Source: Utricularia gibba (Eukaryota > Plantae > Magnoliophyta). From it: a stretch of 64,000 bases of DNA. The stretch's first letter is position 1. Each line of letters starts with the position of its first letter. Of the stretch, positions 39,066 to 52,385 are shown in pieces. The notes under the pieces are model-generated. The model was not told the DNA's origin. It searched no databases and saw nothing but the letters and a program-made list of their open reading frames with translations. The DNA lies in contig NEEC01000026.1 in assembly GCA_002189035.1 (NCBI GenBank), forward strand, positions 62,001 through 126,000. The letters are read 5' to 3'. Position numbers and translations under genes: made by a program.

Positions 39066-40363
39066 CTAACTATACCCTTTTAGGATGCTTGATATTAATT
39101 CAAGTTTTTCAAAATCTGTCATTACTAGAAAACTTTGCAGCTTTTCAAGGTTATTAATTATAACCTCTGAAATATTCATAAACTCAATTGAAGACATATG
39201 AAGAGGCATGCTTAGTATCATTGTAGTTGCTTGGCGTTGGCAATCACTTTCATTAGTTAGCTTAGATGATATTTGCAGCAACATAGCATTGGTTTCTTGA
39301 GTCATCTTCCGAAGCTCCGTAATAAAATCTTGGTCATCATATGCTATTCTCTTTCGTTTTCCTCTCTTGTTTGACCTTTCTTGTTTGCTACATGCGGATA
39401 CATCCTCAAAAAACGAACTTGACTCATCATTAGAGTGTTGGCTTTTCAGATTAGAATAAACACCCTGTGTACCATTTTCATTTGGTGGGTCTTCCTCTAG
39501 CCCTATAGTTGCACCTTTGATGTCATTTATTGGTTCATCATCGATGGATATTGCTCCCTCACCAGTCGCACGATCATTTCCAAAAATTTCAACCCATTCT
39601 TTATAGAATGAAAATATTTTGAATCGGATGGCCTTGTAAGTTTGAGGTGAATGTTGAACACATACAAAAATAATTAAATTTTTCTAGAAATCAAAAATAA
39701 ATTTATGAGAAATATGTTGTCACAAACCTTTTGCAATTCCAATCAAAATTCATCAGTTCTTTCAACCATCTTAGTAGTGGAATTAAAGCCTGTAATATTC
39801 TCATTTCCAAGTTTTTACCTTAGACTCAATATGAGGGTTCGCCTTCAAACTAATAGTTGGAAGATGTTGTCTAATGAATGATTCCAAAGCACCATGAAAT
39901 CTAGGCTTAAATCTATTCTCGCTTCTCCATCCGTTAGCTACTAGTGTCAATAAACCATTGAGAAGCATGCGTTCTTCTTTTGAAATCCATCCTTGTTTTG
40001 TTTTCTTCACTTCACACTCCCTAAAATAAATGCAAGAAACAAGTTTTAGAGAAGAAAAATATTAGAATCGAAGTTAAGAGGACACATCTCTTCATTGACC
40101 ACACAGGTCTCTCCTTATCTGGCCGCATGGTTGCAAGACAACATGAGAGGATTTTTGGTTCCCAAAATATAAACCCTAATTGGAAGGTTAAAATGGTAAA
40201 TTAACATATTACAATGCCATTATTTCCCAATCCTATTAACTAAACATGGTATAAAACACAATTCTAATCCTACTAACTAAACATTACATAAATCCATACC
40301 ACCTTTATATAAACCCAAGTAAGTTAAACCTATTTTATCCTAACCCTGTAACCAAACACTCCC
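39066..40363 (-). mobile_element. PIF/Harbinger remnant carrying a decayed Myb/SANT-like ORF1
   Basis: GWISKEERMLLNGLLTLVANGWRSENRFKP..LKANPHIESKVKTWK and FYKEWVEIFGNDRATG. A TIR-like CCAAACACTCCC ends at 40363 and is followed by TAA. Left end and DDE transposase not found. Confidence 0.75.
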
Positions 40364-41484
40364 TAAGTGGCATTGATTGTGTTATTTTTAGGGATTCAAG
40401 TTGGGATCTAATGAGGTATCCATTAACAAGTCCGATATGGATATCATTTTTAGTAAGCCTCTAAGATTCGATGCACTATTGATTTAAAATTGTCATTTTG
40501 TATGTTTTTGTTTATTTTCAAGCTATTTTTTAAAAATTAAACAATCAATTTCTTGTGAATACAATGTTTTACTTATTATTTAAATGGTTTATATGCATTC
40601 TCATTATTAACATTTAACACCAATAAATGACACAATTTTTGTACCAAAAAAAAGTTTTCTATAAGTTAACAAAAAAATGTAATTTAAAAGTTTATTACTT
40701 ATATTGGTTTGAATTTTTAATTTTTAAAAAATATTCATTAAGAAGAAACTCGTGATATCAAGAAATTGCATAAGAATAATTTTAATTATAAGAGTGGATA
40801 GTGTGTTTGTTTATAACGTGAGAAATTCTGAAAATCCAAGTTTTGTTTGCATTAGATATTTTCTTAAATTTTAGGAAACAGAATGTCTCTTTATTGTTGA
40901 AAATTGGATGATTAATAAATCTTTTGAGCGGTTTTTAAAGCGCACATGTTGATTGATTTTTTTAAAAGGAATAGTGTCAGACTATGAGTTAGGTTTCCTT
41001 CCTTTCCAAGAAGAGGAGGTTTGTAGGCTAAGGTAGGGTGACGAGATGACTGACTTGGGGAGCCGATCCGTGACGCCCACGCATTGGGCCGTTGCCCCTC
41101 CGCTCCGTTCCGTTACATCATCCGTTTGTGTCTGTGATGTGAGGGGTCGCAGCCAGCCAGCCAACCAGCAGAATCAAATGTTACAACATCTTCTAGAGAA
41201 GTTGACACCCTTTTGGTCAACGGAACGGAAGAGAATTCCATGGAACCCACTGCCGCCGTTCCTTAACGGCGTCATTCCAATATACTGCTTTCTCCCCAAG
41301 CAACGGCCCCATTAAAATCCCAGACGCTGCAGTCAACCACCATCTTGATAGGGAGGCGCAACTTTCGCCTTCCGCCCTGCTTTCAGCGGATACGTCCATT
41401 CCTGCTCTCCGCATCGAAGCGTTGACTTTCTTCCTTGGGAACCAACGGCAGGGGCGTTTTCATTTCATCGGAGGCGAGTAAGTA

Positions 41485-44400
41485 ATGTCAACGCCGGACG
41501 CGTCGTTGACAAATGGCCCAGGGGGCCATGCCGGAGACGGCAAGAAGAAGAAGGAAGCCCCCAACACAGTGCCCTACTATAGGCTATTTGCATTTGCTGA
41601 TTCCACGGACAAGCTACTGATGTTTCTTGGCACCGTCGGTGCCATAGGGAATGGTTTAGGATTCCCTCTTATGGCTGTTCTTTTTGGGAACTTGGCAGAT
41701 GCCTTTGGTCGAAACTCCAGCGACGATGTCCTTTCCGCTGTCGCAAAGGTAAGCAAACGAGGTCCTTCAATTTCCAAAACTGTGCTGGGGCTCCCGTCTG
41801 ATGATTTTCTGATCAATTTGTTAGGTATCCCTGAATTTTGTGTACGTCGCAATAGGGACTGGTGTAGCTGCCTATCTTCGTGAGTTTTTCAAGCCACATG
41901 AATCGTATCATGGGCCTATGATCTGATTCACACTTGCATTGCTTGCAGAGGTTGCTTGTTGGATGATAACTGGGGAAAGGCAGGCTGCAAATATCAGGAG
42001 CCTTTACTTGGAGACCATTTTGCGACAAGATGTAGCCTTCTTTGACAAGGAGACGAATACTGGGGAAGTAGTCGGAAGAATGTCAGGAGACACAGTGCTG
42101 ATCCAGGACGCCATGGGTGAGAAGGTACTGCTCCTCTATAAACATTTCTCTGCACCAAACCAAGGCTCTCACCTAATCAAAATCTAACGTTGCAGGTTGG
42201 GAAGTTTCTACAGTTGGTCACCACCTTTGTGGGTGGATTTGTGATCGCCTTCATTCGAGGATGGCTTCTGTCTCTAGTCCTGGTATCCTGCATCCCTGTG
42301 CTCGTGATATCCGGGGGGATCTTGGCGTATGTTTTCTCCAAAATCGCCTCTCAAGGCCAAACTGCATATGCTAAAGCTGCTTCGGTGGTCGAACAGACAA
42401 TTGGCTCCATCAGAACAGTAAGCAGCTAACACTGTAATCTCCCTAAGAAAGATGTGGTCTACCTACTATCTTTCTCCTTGTTTCTCTGCAGGTTGCATCA
42501 TATACTGGGGAAAAGAGAGCTGTGGCAGAGTATGAAAAGTCCCTTACACAAGCTTACAAATCAGGAGTAAAAGAAGGGTGGGTAAGTGGACTAGGTTTTG
42601 GACTTTTAATGTTCTTTGCATTCTGCACATATGCCCTAGCTATTTGGTTTGGATCGAAAATGATCATCGAGAGAGGTTACACGGGTGGTCAAGTACTCAA
42701 TGTGATAATAGCTGTCATAATCGGTTCCATGTAAGTAGGCTCCAACTCCATGTTCATTAAAGAGTTCTCCTTTCCCGAATCTGCTGTCTAACAGAACAAC
42801 TTGAATCAGGTCCTTGGGACAAGCATCTCCATCCCTGACTGCTTTTGCAGCGGGGCAAGCAGCAGCTTACAAGATGTTCGAAGCAATAAAGAGGAAGCCC
42901 AGTATAGATGCATATGATACCAGTGGCAAGATCCTAGAGGATATCTGTGGAGATGTAGAACTAAGAGATGTCTATTTCAGTTATCCAGCAAGACCAGCTG
43001 AGGAAATATTCAGAGCCTTTTCTCTGTTTATACGCAATGGCACAACAGCAGCTTTGGTTGGGCAGAGTGGGAGTGGAAAATCAACTGTCGTAAATTTGAT
43101 AGAGAGATTCTATGATCCTCAGGCAGGTGAAGTATTGATTGATGGCATCAATCTTAAGGACTTTCAGCTTAAGTGGGTCAGATCGAAAATCGGGCTTGTA
43201 AGCCAAGAACCTGTGCTTTTCACTACTAGTATTCGCGAGAACATATCATATGGTAAGGATGGCGCAACTATAGAGGAAATCAGAGCGGCAGCAGAACTAG
43301 CAAATGCCGCTAAGTTCATCGATAACCTTCCTCAGGTATGATACCTTCTCTTTTTTTGTGGTCTTATTTATTTCTACCCGCTTCATAAACTTGGGAGTCT
43401 GTGCAGGGACTAGATACCATGGTTGGTGAGCATGGAACTCATCTTTCAGGAGGGCAAAAACAGAGAATTGCGATAGCCAGGGCAATTCTCAAGGACCCCA
43501 GAATTCTACTTCTTGACGAGGCTACAAGTGCATTGGATACCGAATCTGAGAGAATAGTGCAAGAGGCATTAGACAGAATAATGATAGGCAGGACAACCAT
43601 CGTTGTAGCACATCGTTTGACCACTGTCAGAAATGCTAATATGATTGCTGTCATTCATCAAGGAAAAGTGGTTGAACAAGGTACATGCTAGATCTTAGTC
43701 TCAATGCCGCGTTCCTGACCCCTGATAATAATATGATTCATTCTTCTGCCTGCAGGAACACATGATGGGCTACTTGAGGATCCTGAAGGTCCATATTCAC
43801 AGCTCATACGCTTGCAAGAAGTGAAAGAACTCTCTGAAGAAAATGAAAAATCAGAGATCACCACAGAGGCTAGCCGAAGTATGTCGATTATGCGATCCAT
43901 CAGTAACACGTCCTCTGACATAGGAAACTCAAGTCGTCACCATTCATTATCCGCATCATTAGGTCTCCCTGGAATGACTGTCAGGGTACCTGATCCTCCA
44001 TTGGAAAAAGAAGATATAAGCTCCCCTGAAATCTCTGAAAAGGTTCCAAAGGTGCCTCTTATGCGACTTGCTAAGCTAAACAAGGCTGAAACACCCATCC
44101 TCCTCTTGGGAATGTTAGCTGCAATATTAAATGGTGCAATAATGCCTCTTTACGGATTGATGATCTCATTCGTAATCAGAATATTCTATGAAAGCCATCA
44201 TGTACTTCGACGGGAATCCAGGTTCTGGTCTCTCATGTTTTTGGTCCTTGGGCTGCTTCACTTGTTGCATACCCTGCAAGAACATACTTCTTTGGTTTGG
44301 CGGGGAACAAGCTAATCAAGAGAGTCAGACTGATGTGCTTTGAGAAAGTAGTGAACATGGAAATTGGTTGGTTCGATGAGCCTGAGCACACAAGTGGTGT

Positions 44401-46102
44401 GATTGGATCGAGGCTATCAGTGGATGCAGCCAGCATCCGTGCATTGGTTGGTGATTCAATCAGCCAAATGGTTCAGGATGTATCCTCAATCACCGTTGGC
44501 TTGGCCATAGCTTTTGCAGCTACTTGGCAACTGTCGCTGATCATACTCGCTATGGTACCCTTTATAGGTCTCAGTGGATACGCGCAGATTAAGTTCATGA
44601 AAGGATTCAGTGCAGATGCGAAGGTTTGAGTCAAGAGCTTAATGTGCTGCAATGTAAAAAGTTCAAGAGACTAACCAGATTCATTGTTCCTGTCGCAGGT
44701 CATGTACGAGAGAGCAAGCCAAGTTGCAACAGATGCTGTGGGAAGCATAAGAACGGTGGCCTCATTCTGTGCCGAAGGTAGGGTAATGGAGATGTACAGG
44801 GAACTCTGCAAAGGGCCGATGAGAAAAGGAATCCGCCAAGGAATGATAAGTGGCGCAGGGTTTGCCTCATCCTTCTCGGTTCTCTTCCTGGTCTACGCCG
44901 CTAGCTTCTACTTTGGCGCTCGGCTCGTCCAGGACGGGCGCATCACCTTCGAAGACGTTTTCCGAGTAAGAGTCGCATGCAGTATCCGGAATCGAATACC
45001 ATCACCTTTGCAATAATTATGTATTCCCTCTATTTACAGGCATTTTTTGGTCTAACAATGGCGGCCATGGCTGTCTCCCAATCGAGTTCTTTGGCTCCAG
45101 ATTCAACCAAGGCGAAGACCGCTGCTGCTTCTGTATTCGCAATTCTAGACAGGAAATCGAGGATCGATCCCAGTGACGAGTCTGGCTTGAAGCTGGACAA
45201 CGTGAAGGGTGATATCGAGCTGAGACACGTCAGTTTCCGGTATCCGACCAGGCCCGAAGTTGAGATTTTCCGAGACCTTTCCTTGACAATACGCTCCGGG
45301 AAGGTGAGAACTAGAAGCATTCCTCTTGCCCAGTGGACTGAACCGACCAGTTTATTCATCACTCTTTTTTTGCTTCAGACCGTTGCTCTTGTTGGGGAAA
45401 GCGGAAGTGGAAAATCCACGGTGATTCAACTGCTGCAAAGATTCTACAATCCAGAATCAGGTCAAATAACGCTGGACGGAACTGAGATCCACAAATTCGA
45501 GTTGAAATGGCTGAGACAGCAGATGGGACTTGTTAGCCAAGAACCTGTTCTCTTCAACGACACAATCCGCGCCAACATCGCCTACGGTAAAGGAGGGGTC
45601 GCCACCGAAACTGAAATCGTCGCCGCCTCGGAGCTCGCCAATGCTCACAACTTCATCAGTGGACTAGCACAGGCAAGAGCAACGAAACACCATTAACGAA
45701 CAAAATAAAATGTGGGTCAGAAAAGTTGACTGGCGTCTTTCGGTGCAGGGATACGATGCGGTGGTCGGAGAGCGAGGTGCGCAATTATCCGGCGGACAGA
45801 AACAGCGAGTGGCGATTGCAAGGGCCATCATCAAAAGCCCAAAGATTCTGCTGTTGGATGAGGCCACTAGTGCACTGGACGCCGAATCTGAGAGGGTAGT
45901 ACAAGATGCGCTGGATCGAGTGATGGTAAACAGAACAACGGTGGTTGTGGCACACAGGCTATCAACGATCAAAGGAGCTGACCTCATCGCCGTCGTGAAA
46001 AACGGAGTCATCGTCGAGAAAGGGAAGCACGATGCTCTGATCAACATCGATGGTGGCTTCTACGCATCCCTCGTCGCCCTTCACAGCACCAAAACCACGT
46101 AA
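41485..46102 (+). CDS. ABCB: Full-size ABCB / P-glycoprotein transporter (ABCB4/11/21-like clade), about 1267 aa
   Basis: Twelve exons: 41485-41748, 41825-41879, 41949-42124, 42196-42417, 42492-42730, 42810-43335, 43407-43680, 43756-44623, 44699-44965, 45040-45303, 45379-45672, 45749-46102. Two NBDs (GQSGSGKS / [27 protein letters not shown]). One -1 frameshift at GGG 44250-44252; last intron is GC-AG. Confidence 0.96.
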
Positions 46103-46420
46103 TTCCTCTGCAAGGTTTTAGGTGTGATTGTATTTATCTTTACCGCGATTGCAAACGTATGATGTATCTACCCCGCCATTAAACTCATGCAATGAGCGGG
46201 ATTTTTCTGTCGGAGAAAAATCGCCGGCGGGTATATAGGTGACTGGCTTACCGGTTGAAGCCCGCTGCAGAAAGTAGATTTCGGCATCTGGGTGCCATAA
46301 AACGACACCGTTGTAATGTGGATAAAGCATATAAGAGAAATAAACATATATCTTCTCGCCTGAGTTGGCCGTTTCCTTACAGCCACTCAATACGGAAGCG
46401 TTTTCGGCTACAGTGGGCGC

Positions 46421-49400
46421 ATGGAAGTGGCTATCCACTCTCCGTCACCGCGCGGTGCCGTTGCCGTCGCGCTTTATCCCAAATTTCCCCTCTCATGGAG
46501 CGGCAATGTCATCGGGGCCAGTTCATCGGTCAGAGCAAACAAACTGAAGGGTCTCCGTGGCGGTGCTGGAAGCCGATCACGTCGGAGATTGCGCAAAACC
46601 GCCGGTCCCGTAGCAGCGTTGGGTGGATTGCTTGGTGGGATTTTCGGGGCGGGAACTGATAATGGGGAGTCCACTAGACAGCTCTATTCGTCAACCGTGG
46701 CGCTCATCAATAAGATGGAGGCTGAGATTTCCTCGCTATCGGATGCTCAATTGAGGGAAAGGACTTCTGTCCTGCAAGAACGCGCAAGACGTGGTGATTC
46801 CCTGGACTCCCTTTTACCTGTATGTCATCTCTTGCTCGCCAATTCCATCATTTGATTCAGGGGCTTAAATTTCGTTAAAAGTTCTGATACCGATATTTCA
46901 GGAGTTTCTTCCCTGGCATTTTCATGTCTTTTTGGTACTCTCATCTCTGTTGCAGCTTATATTGATATGAGAAGAAGATAAAAAGCGTATTAGATTAGAA
47001 CATCTATAGTGATGAAGTTTATGTTCCTTGCTTTTATATAGATAAAATGGTGCTTACTCATCTAATCTGGATTTTTATTACAGGAAGCATTTTCGGTTGT
47101 GCGTGAGGCTTCCAAGAGAGTCCTTGGCCTTCGCCCATTTGATGTTCAATTGATTGGTGGGTAGTTCTCATTGGCATCATTATAAACCGTGACTTCATTC
47201 CGTATGCTTTCTAATGTGAGCTGGAGTGTTTTTATTTTACCTTCTTGTTACTACTTTGATATGACTTGTTTTTTTGTTTTTTTGTTATGCTTCTGTTGTT
47301 AGGTGGGATGGTTCTCCATAAGGGAGAAATAGCTGAAATGAAAACTGGAGAAGGAAAGACACTAGTTGCTATATTGCCTGCTTTTCTGAATGCGTTGACT
47401 GGAAATGGGGTACATATTGTTACTGTGAATGATTATCTGGCTAGACGAGATTGTGAATGGGTTGGTCAAATTCCACGCTTTCTTGGAATGAAGGTGGGCT
47501 TAATTCAGCGTACGCTCCGACCTCTTTCATGATGCAAAAAACTACCGCCTTGCTGTGCCCCTAATGCACTTTGTATTCCAATTTTCTCATCCTCCATTTT
47601 CCCTTTGTTTTTTCATTCAAATTTTTTGATGCATCTGGCTTATAACCTTCAGCTAATTATTTCAGAGAATATGGCGAGCCAACAAAGGAGAGAAAATTAC
47701 CTGTGTGACATCACTTATGTTACCAACAGTGAGCTGGGATTTGATTACTTAAGGGATAATCTTGCCATGGTAGCCTTTCTGTCGTGGACTCATTTTGTCA
47801 CTTGAACTATTCACACCTTTTGCTGTTTCAACAAATGAGTCCTGCATTTACAGAGCACTGATGAGCTAGTCTTGAGACGTTTCAACTACTGTGTAATTGA
47901 TGAGGTTGATTCTATTCTCATTGATGAAGCAAGGACGCCTCTAATCATATCAGGACCTGTGGAAAAACCAAGTGATCGTTACTTTAAGGCTGCTAAAATT
48001 GCCATGGCTTTTGAGAGAGATATACACTACACTGTATTAAATTCAACTCGAAGCATTATTTTACTGATGATAATTTGTTTCTTCTAAAGCGGAGTATATA
48101 ATTCTGATTGATTTATGTAATGTTTCTCCCAACATTTTCATTCACCAGGATTATGCAATGTTTGCAGGTTGATGAAAAACAGAAAACAATTTTACTTACT
48201 GAACAGGGGTATGCCGATGCTGAGGAAATTCTGGATGTGAAGGATTTATATGATCCGAGAGAGCAATGGGCGTCATTTCTACTTAATGCAATAAAAGCAA
48301 AAGAACTTTTTCTTAGAGATGTGAATTACATAATCAGAGGCAAAGAGATTCTTATAGTGGATGAGTTTACTGGACGAGTGATGCAGGTGCTGAAGCCTTT
48401 GGAGTTTCTATCTTTATTTTTAGATCTTAAGACACAAATGCAAATATCCTTTTTAACATCGTGATATACCTAAATTTCTGAGGACTTCCTGGCACATGAA
48501 AATGTGTACATTCATGTATTGTCTGCGAATTCTCGTGTACTTTACTTATTTATTGGTTGAAAATTTGTCTTAAAAATTCATTTATTCCATTCTAATCCAT
48601 AGCTCTCCCTTAGTTACAGGGTCGCAGGTTCTGGGATTCAGATTCAATATTTGAATTCTTTTTCATTGGCCTATCTTGATGCTAACTGCCTTAATCACTT
48701 TTATTTATTAGGGTAGACGCTGGAGCGATGGACTTCACCAGGCTGTTGAAGCAAAAGAGAGATTGCCTGTGCAAAATGAAACTATTACTTTAGCCTCAAT
48801 TAGCTATCAAAACTTCTTCCTTCAGGTTTATGCCCCTTGAAATTATTCTTTGCACGCAGCTGTGTTCTGATGTTTGGTATCTTGAATAAATGTAGTTTCC
48901 AAAACTTTGTGGAATGACTGGAACAGCTGCTACTGAAAGTGCTGAGTTCGAGAGTATATATAAACTTAAAGTTGCTACTGTTCCTACTAATAAGGCCATG
49001 ATAAGAAGGGTATGTTATTTACTCAGACTTAGCCTCACGGATATTATTTGAATATATGTTTATTGATGGACATTTTCAACTGGTTTAGACTTATTCCACC
49101 TGTAGGACTCCTGATAACATCTATTCCTTTTGCCTGTAGGATGAGTCAGATGTTGTATTCAGGACAACCACTGGAAAATGGCGTGCAGTTGTTGTTGAGA
49201 TAGCTCGAATGAATAAGACAGGTCGTCCAGTTCTTGTTGGTACAACAAGTGTTGAGCAGAGCGATGCACTGTCCGATCAGCTAAAGGAAGCTGGGATTTT
49301 ACATGAGGTTTCCATGAAATTAGTTCTATTTATTTAGAATGATTTTCTTGGAATACAGAAATTTCTCATGGATTCCATCTCATCACATTAATGTATTTTA

Positions 49401-52108
49401 AGGTTCTCAATGCAAAACCAGAAAATGTGGAAAGGGAAGCTGAAATTGTTGCTCAAAGTGGTCGTCTTGGGCAGTTACAATTGCAACAAACATGGCTGGT
49501 CGGGGTACTGACATAATCCTCGGTGGTAATGCTGAATATATGGCAAGATTGAAACTAAGGGAGCTGCTGATGCCAAGGTTTCATTTGAGGATTTAGTATT
49601 TTTTAAAGCTCATGAGAGTTCCATATATTACTTTTTTTTTCTTAATTGTGTATTTTGAATATTCAAATATATTTGCGTTGGGTTAAATTTAAGATTTTGT
49701 ATGGTAAAATGGAGTTGAATGTTTTGTGAAGGTTACCTAGGTTTTAGATCTTTTATTCCAAGTATATGCTGCAAATCAAGTTAATATCTTTTAAGTTCAG
49801 GGCCGTTGAGAAAACAATAACTAGTTTTTCTCATAAAACCGATGCAGAGTGGTGAGACCACCTGAAGATACCTATATTTCTGTGAAGAAGCCTCCCCTGA
49901 AGAGAACATGGGAGGTTGGAATTTTTAAAAATGCTTCCTGTTTGTTTTCTATAAATTTTTACAGTGGCTGATCGTGGATCAGGTTAGTGAGAAGTTATTC
50001 CCATGTACATTATCAAAAGAGAAAACTAAATTGGCTGAAGAAGCGGTAGAGTTGGCTACAAAAGAATGGGGTTTGAGATCATTGACTGAGCTTGAAGCAG
50101 AAGAGCGCCTTTCATATTCTTGTGAAAAGGTGAGATTTATTTGTAACCTCATCAGATGAGCTACGATATGATAAAAGAGGAAGGTGAAATTCTGGCATAC
50201 TATGTTGATGATAAATGTACTGAACTGTGTAGGGACCTGTTCAAGATGAAGTCATATCAAGGTTACGGAGTGCATTTCTGGACATCGTGAATGAATACAA
50301 GGCTTACACAGAGGTTGAGAAAGAGAAGGTAATCAATGCAACAATAGAAAAATTTCCTAGATAACTTTCTTGTTCCATTAAATTTTTTAAGCTGCTCATC
50401 TTGATTCAAAAAGTGTATAAAACAAAATTCTCAGAGTGGAAAGCATAAGGTGGTCAAGATATGACAGTGAGATGATGAAGCCAAAGAAAAAATGATATTT
50501 GTTGCCAAAAAAAGGGAAAAATTTTCAATGCATTTTGTAAACGTGATCCGTGAATTCCTTTTTCACCGAATCAGGTTGTTTCGGCTGGTGGACTTCATGT
50601 TGTTGGAACTGAGCGTCATGAGTCACGAAGAATTGACAATCAGGTGTTCCCTTGACTTCCGAGTGCTAATTATATTTTGTTCATCTTCGAGTTTCCCATC
50701 TTATTCTGTATCTATATACAGCTACGCGGCCGTAGTGGCAGACAGGGGGACCCTGGAAGTTCCCGTTTTTTCCTTAGTCTTGAAGATAGTATTTTTCGGA
50801 TATTCGGTGGTGATCGAATTCAGGTTCTCCTTTTGTACAAGCATTTTAATGCCAGTAGTGGTCTACAAAGTTTTCTACTCCTTTGACATGAGAATGTAAA
50901 GTATAGGGGTTGATGAGAGTGTTTAGAGTTGAAGACCTGCCAATAGAATCCAAGATGCTGACAAAGGCACTAGATGAAGCACAAAGAAAAGTGGAAAACT
51001 ACTTCTTTGACATGAGAAAGCAGCTATTTGAGTATGACGAGGTCTTGAACAGTCAGAGAGATCGGGTGTACACAGAAAGGAGACGAGCTTTGGAATCTGG
51101 TGATCTCCAGGCCCAGGTTATTGAATATGCTGAGTTGACTATGGACGATATCTTAGAGGTAACATAATTGTTCTTGTGTTTTGGCTTCTGCTATTACCTT
51201 TCCTATACAGATAAGTGTAATCCGTTCTTTCCTCTTGTTGATGGCGAAGGCAAATATAGATGCCAGTGCACCTAGAGAAAACTGGGACCTTGAGAAACTA
51301 ATAGCCAAACTTCAACAGTAAGCTAGAATCCTTCTCTTCATCGTAGTGATCATGTCATTTTGCTGGTTAATTTCGGCCTTTTTGTCAGTGCGGCTGATTG
51401 TACACTCATCATGGGCTTCGTTTATAGGTACTGCTATCTTTTGAATGACTTGACCCCAGATCTCCTGAACAGCAAAAGCAGCACTTACGATGAACTCAGA
51501 GATTACCTCCGGTTTCGAGGGCGTGAAGCATATCTGCAGAAGCGGGTAAGTGTTTTTGATCACTTTTCCTGATCGGAAGGGCAAGCTACTTCAGTTTCGG
51601 CGATCCCATACATGTTATCCGATGCCAGGAAACGGTAGAGAAAGAAGTACCCGGAATGATGAAAGAAGCGGAAAAGTTCCTCATATTAACGAACATTGAC
51701 AGATTATGGAAGGAGCATCTGCAAGCTATAAAATTTATGCAGCAAGCCGTTGGCTTGCGGGGTTATGCACAGAGGGATCCTCTGATAGAGTACAAACTTG
51801 AGGGATACAATCTCTTTGTGGACATGATGGCGCGTGTTAGAAGGAATGTCATATATGCTATCTATCAGGTACTCCTCATTCATTCATTCTTTCTTTCTTT
51901 CCCATGAAGGAAGTTTCTCTTTCAGCTTTTTCCTCCAAAGGTCTTGAGTTCCTTCTTCAATTCCTATCAGCTCCAACCTGTGATGGTCAAGGAAGCGACC
52001 AAAACAGCAGACAGCAAGAGAGACGGGAAGAGGAGTAACAACGGCAATGAAGCTGTCGCTGATAAAACGCCTACTTCAGCTGCTGCTGCGCGCAAGCCAG
52101 TAACTTAG
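46421..52108 (+). CDS. SECA1: Chloroplast preprotein translocase SecA1
   Basis: Twenty exons from 46421-46819 to 51971-52108. Transit-peptide-like N-terminus; [72 protein letters not shown]. One -1 frameshift at GGG 49469-49471. Confidence 0.97.
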
Positions 52109-52385
52109 CTACTGGTCTGCATCACCAACAGAACCCAAACGGAGGGACTAACAGTTGACATGAAGAGCAGAAATTGGAGAATTTTTCCCCGAAAACAGAT
52201 AATAATACATTATTATTACATTGGGCTTTTTAGACGCGAACACGTGTACATACATTTGACCCATCGTTTTGGGCGGCCGGTATCTCCCTGCCGCCGCATT
52301 TAAGCGGGAGGAGTAAGATTGGATCCCAACCCCTGAAGTTTCAACAAGTTATGCATGTGTTTGCTGGTGAAGGAGAAGACGAGAG

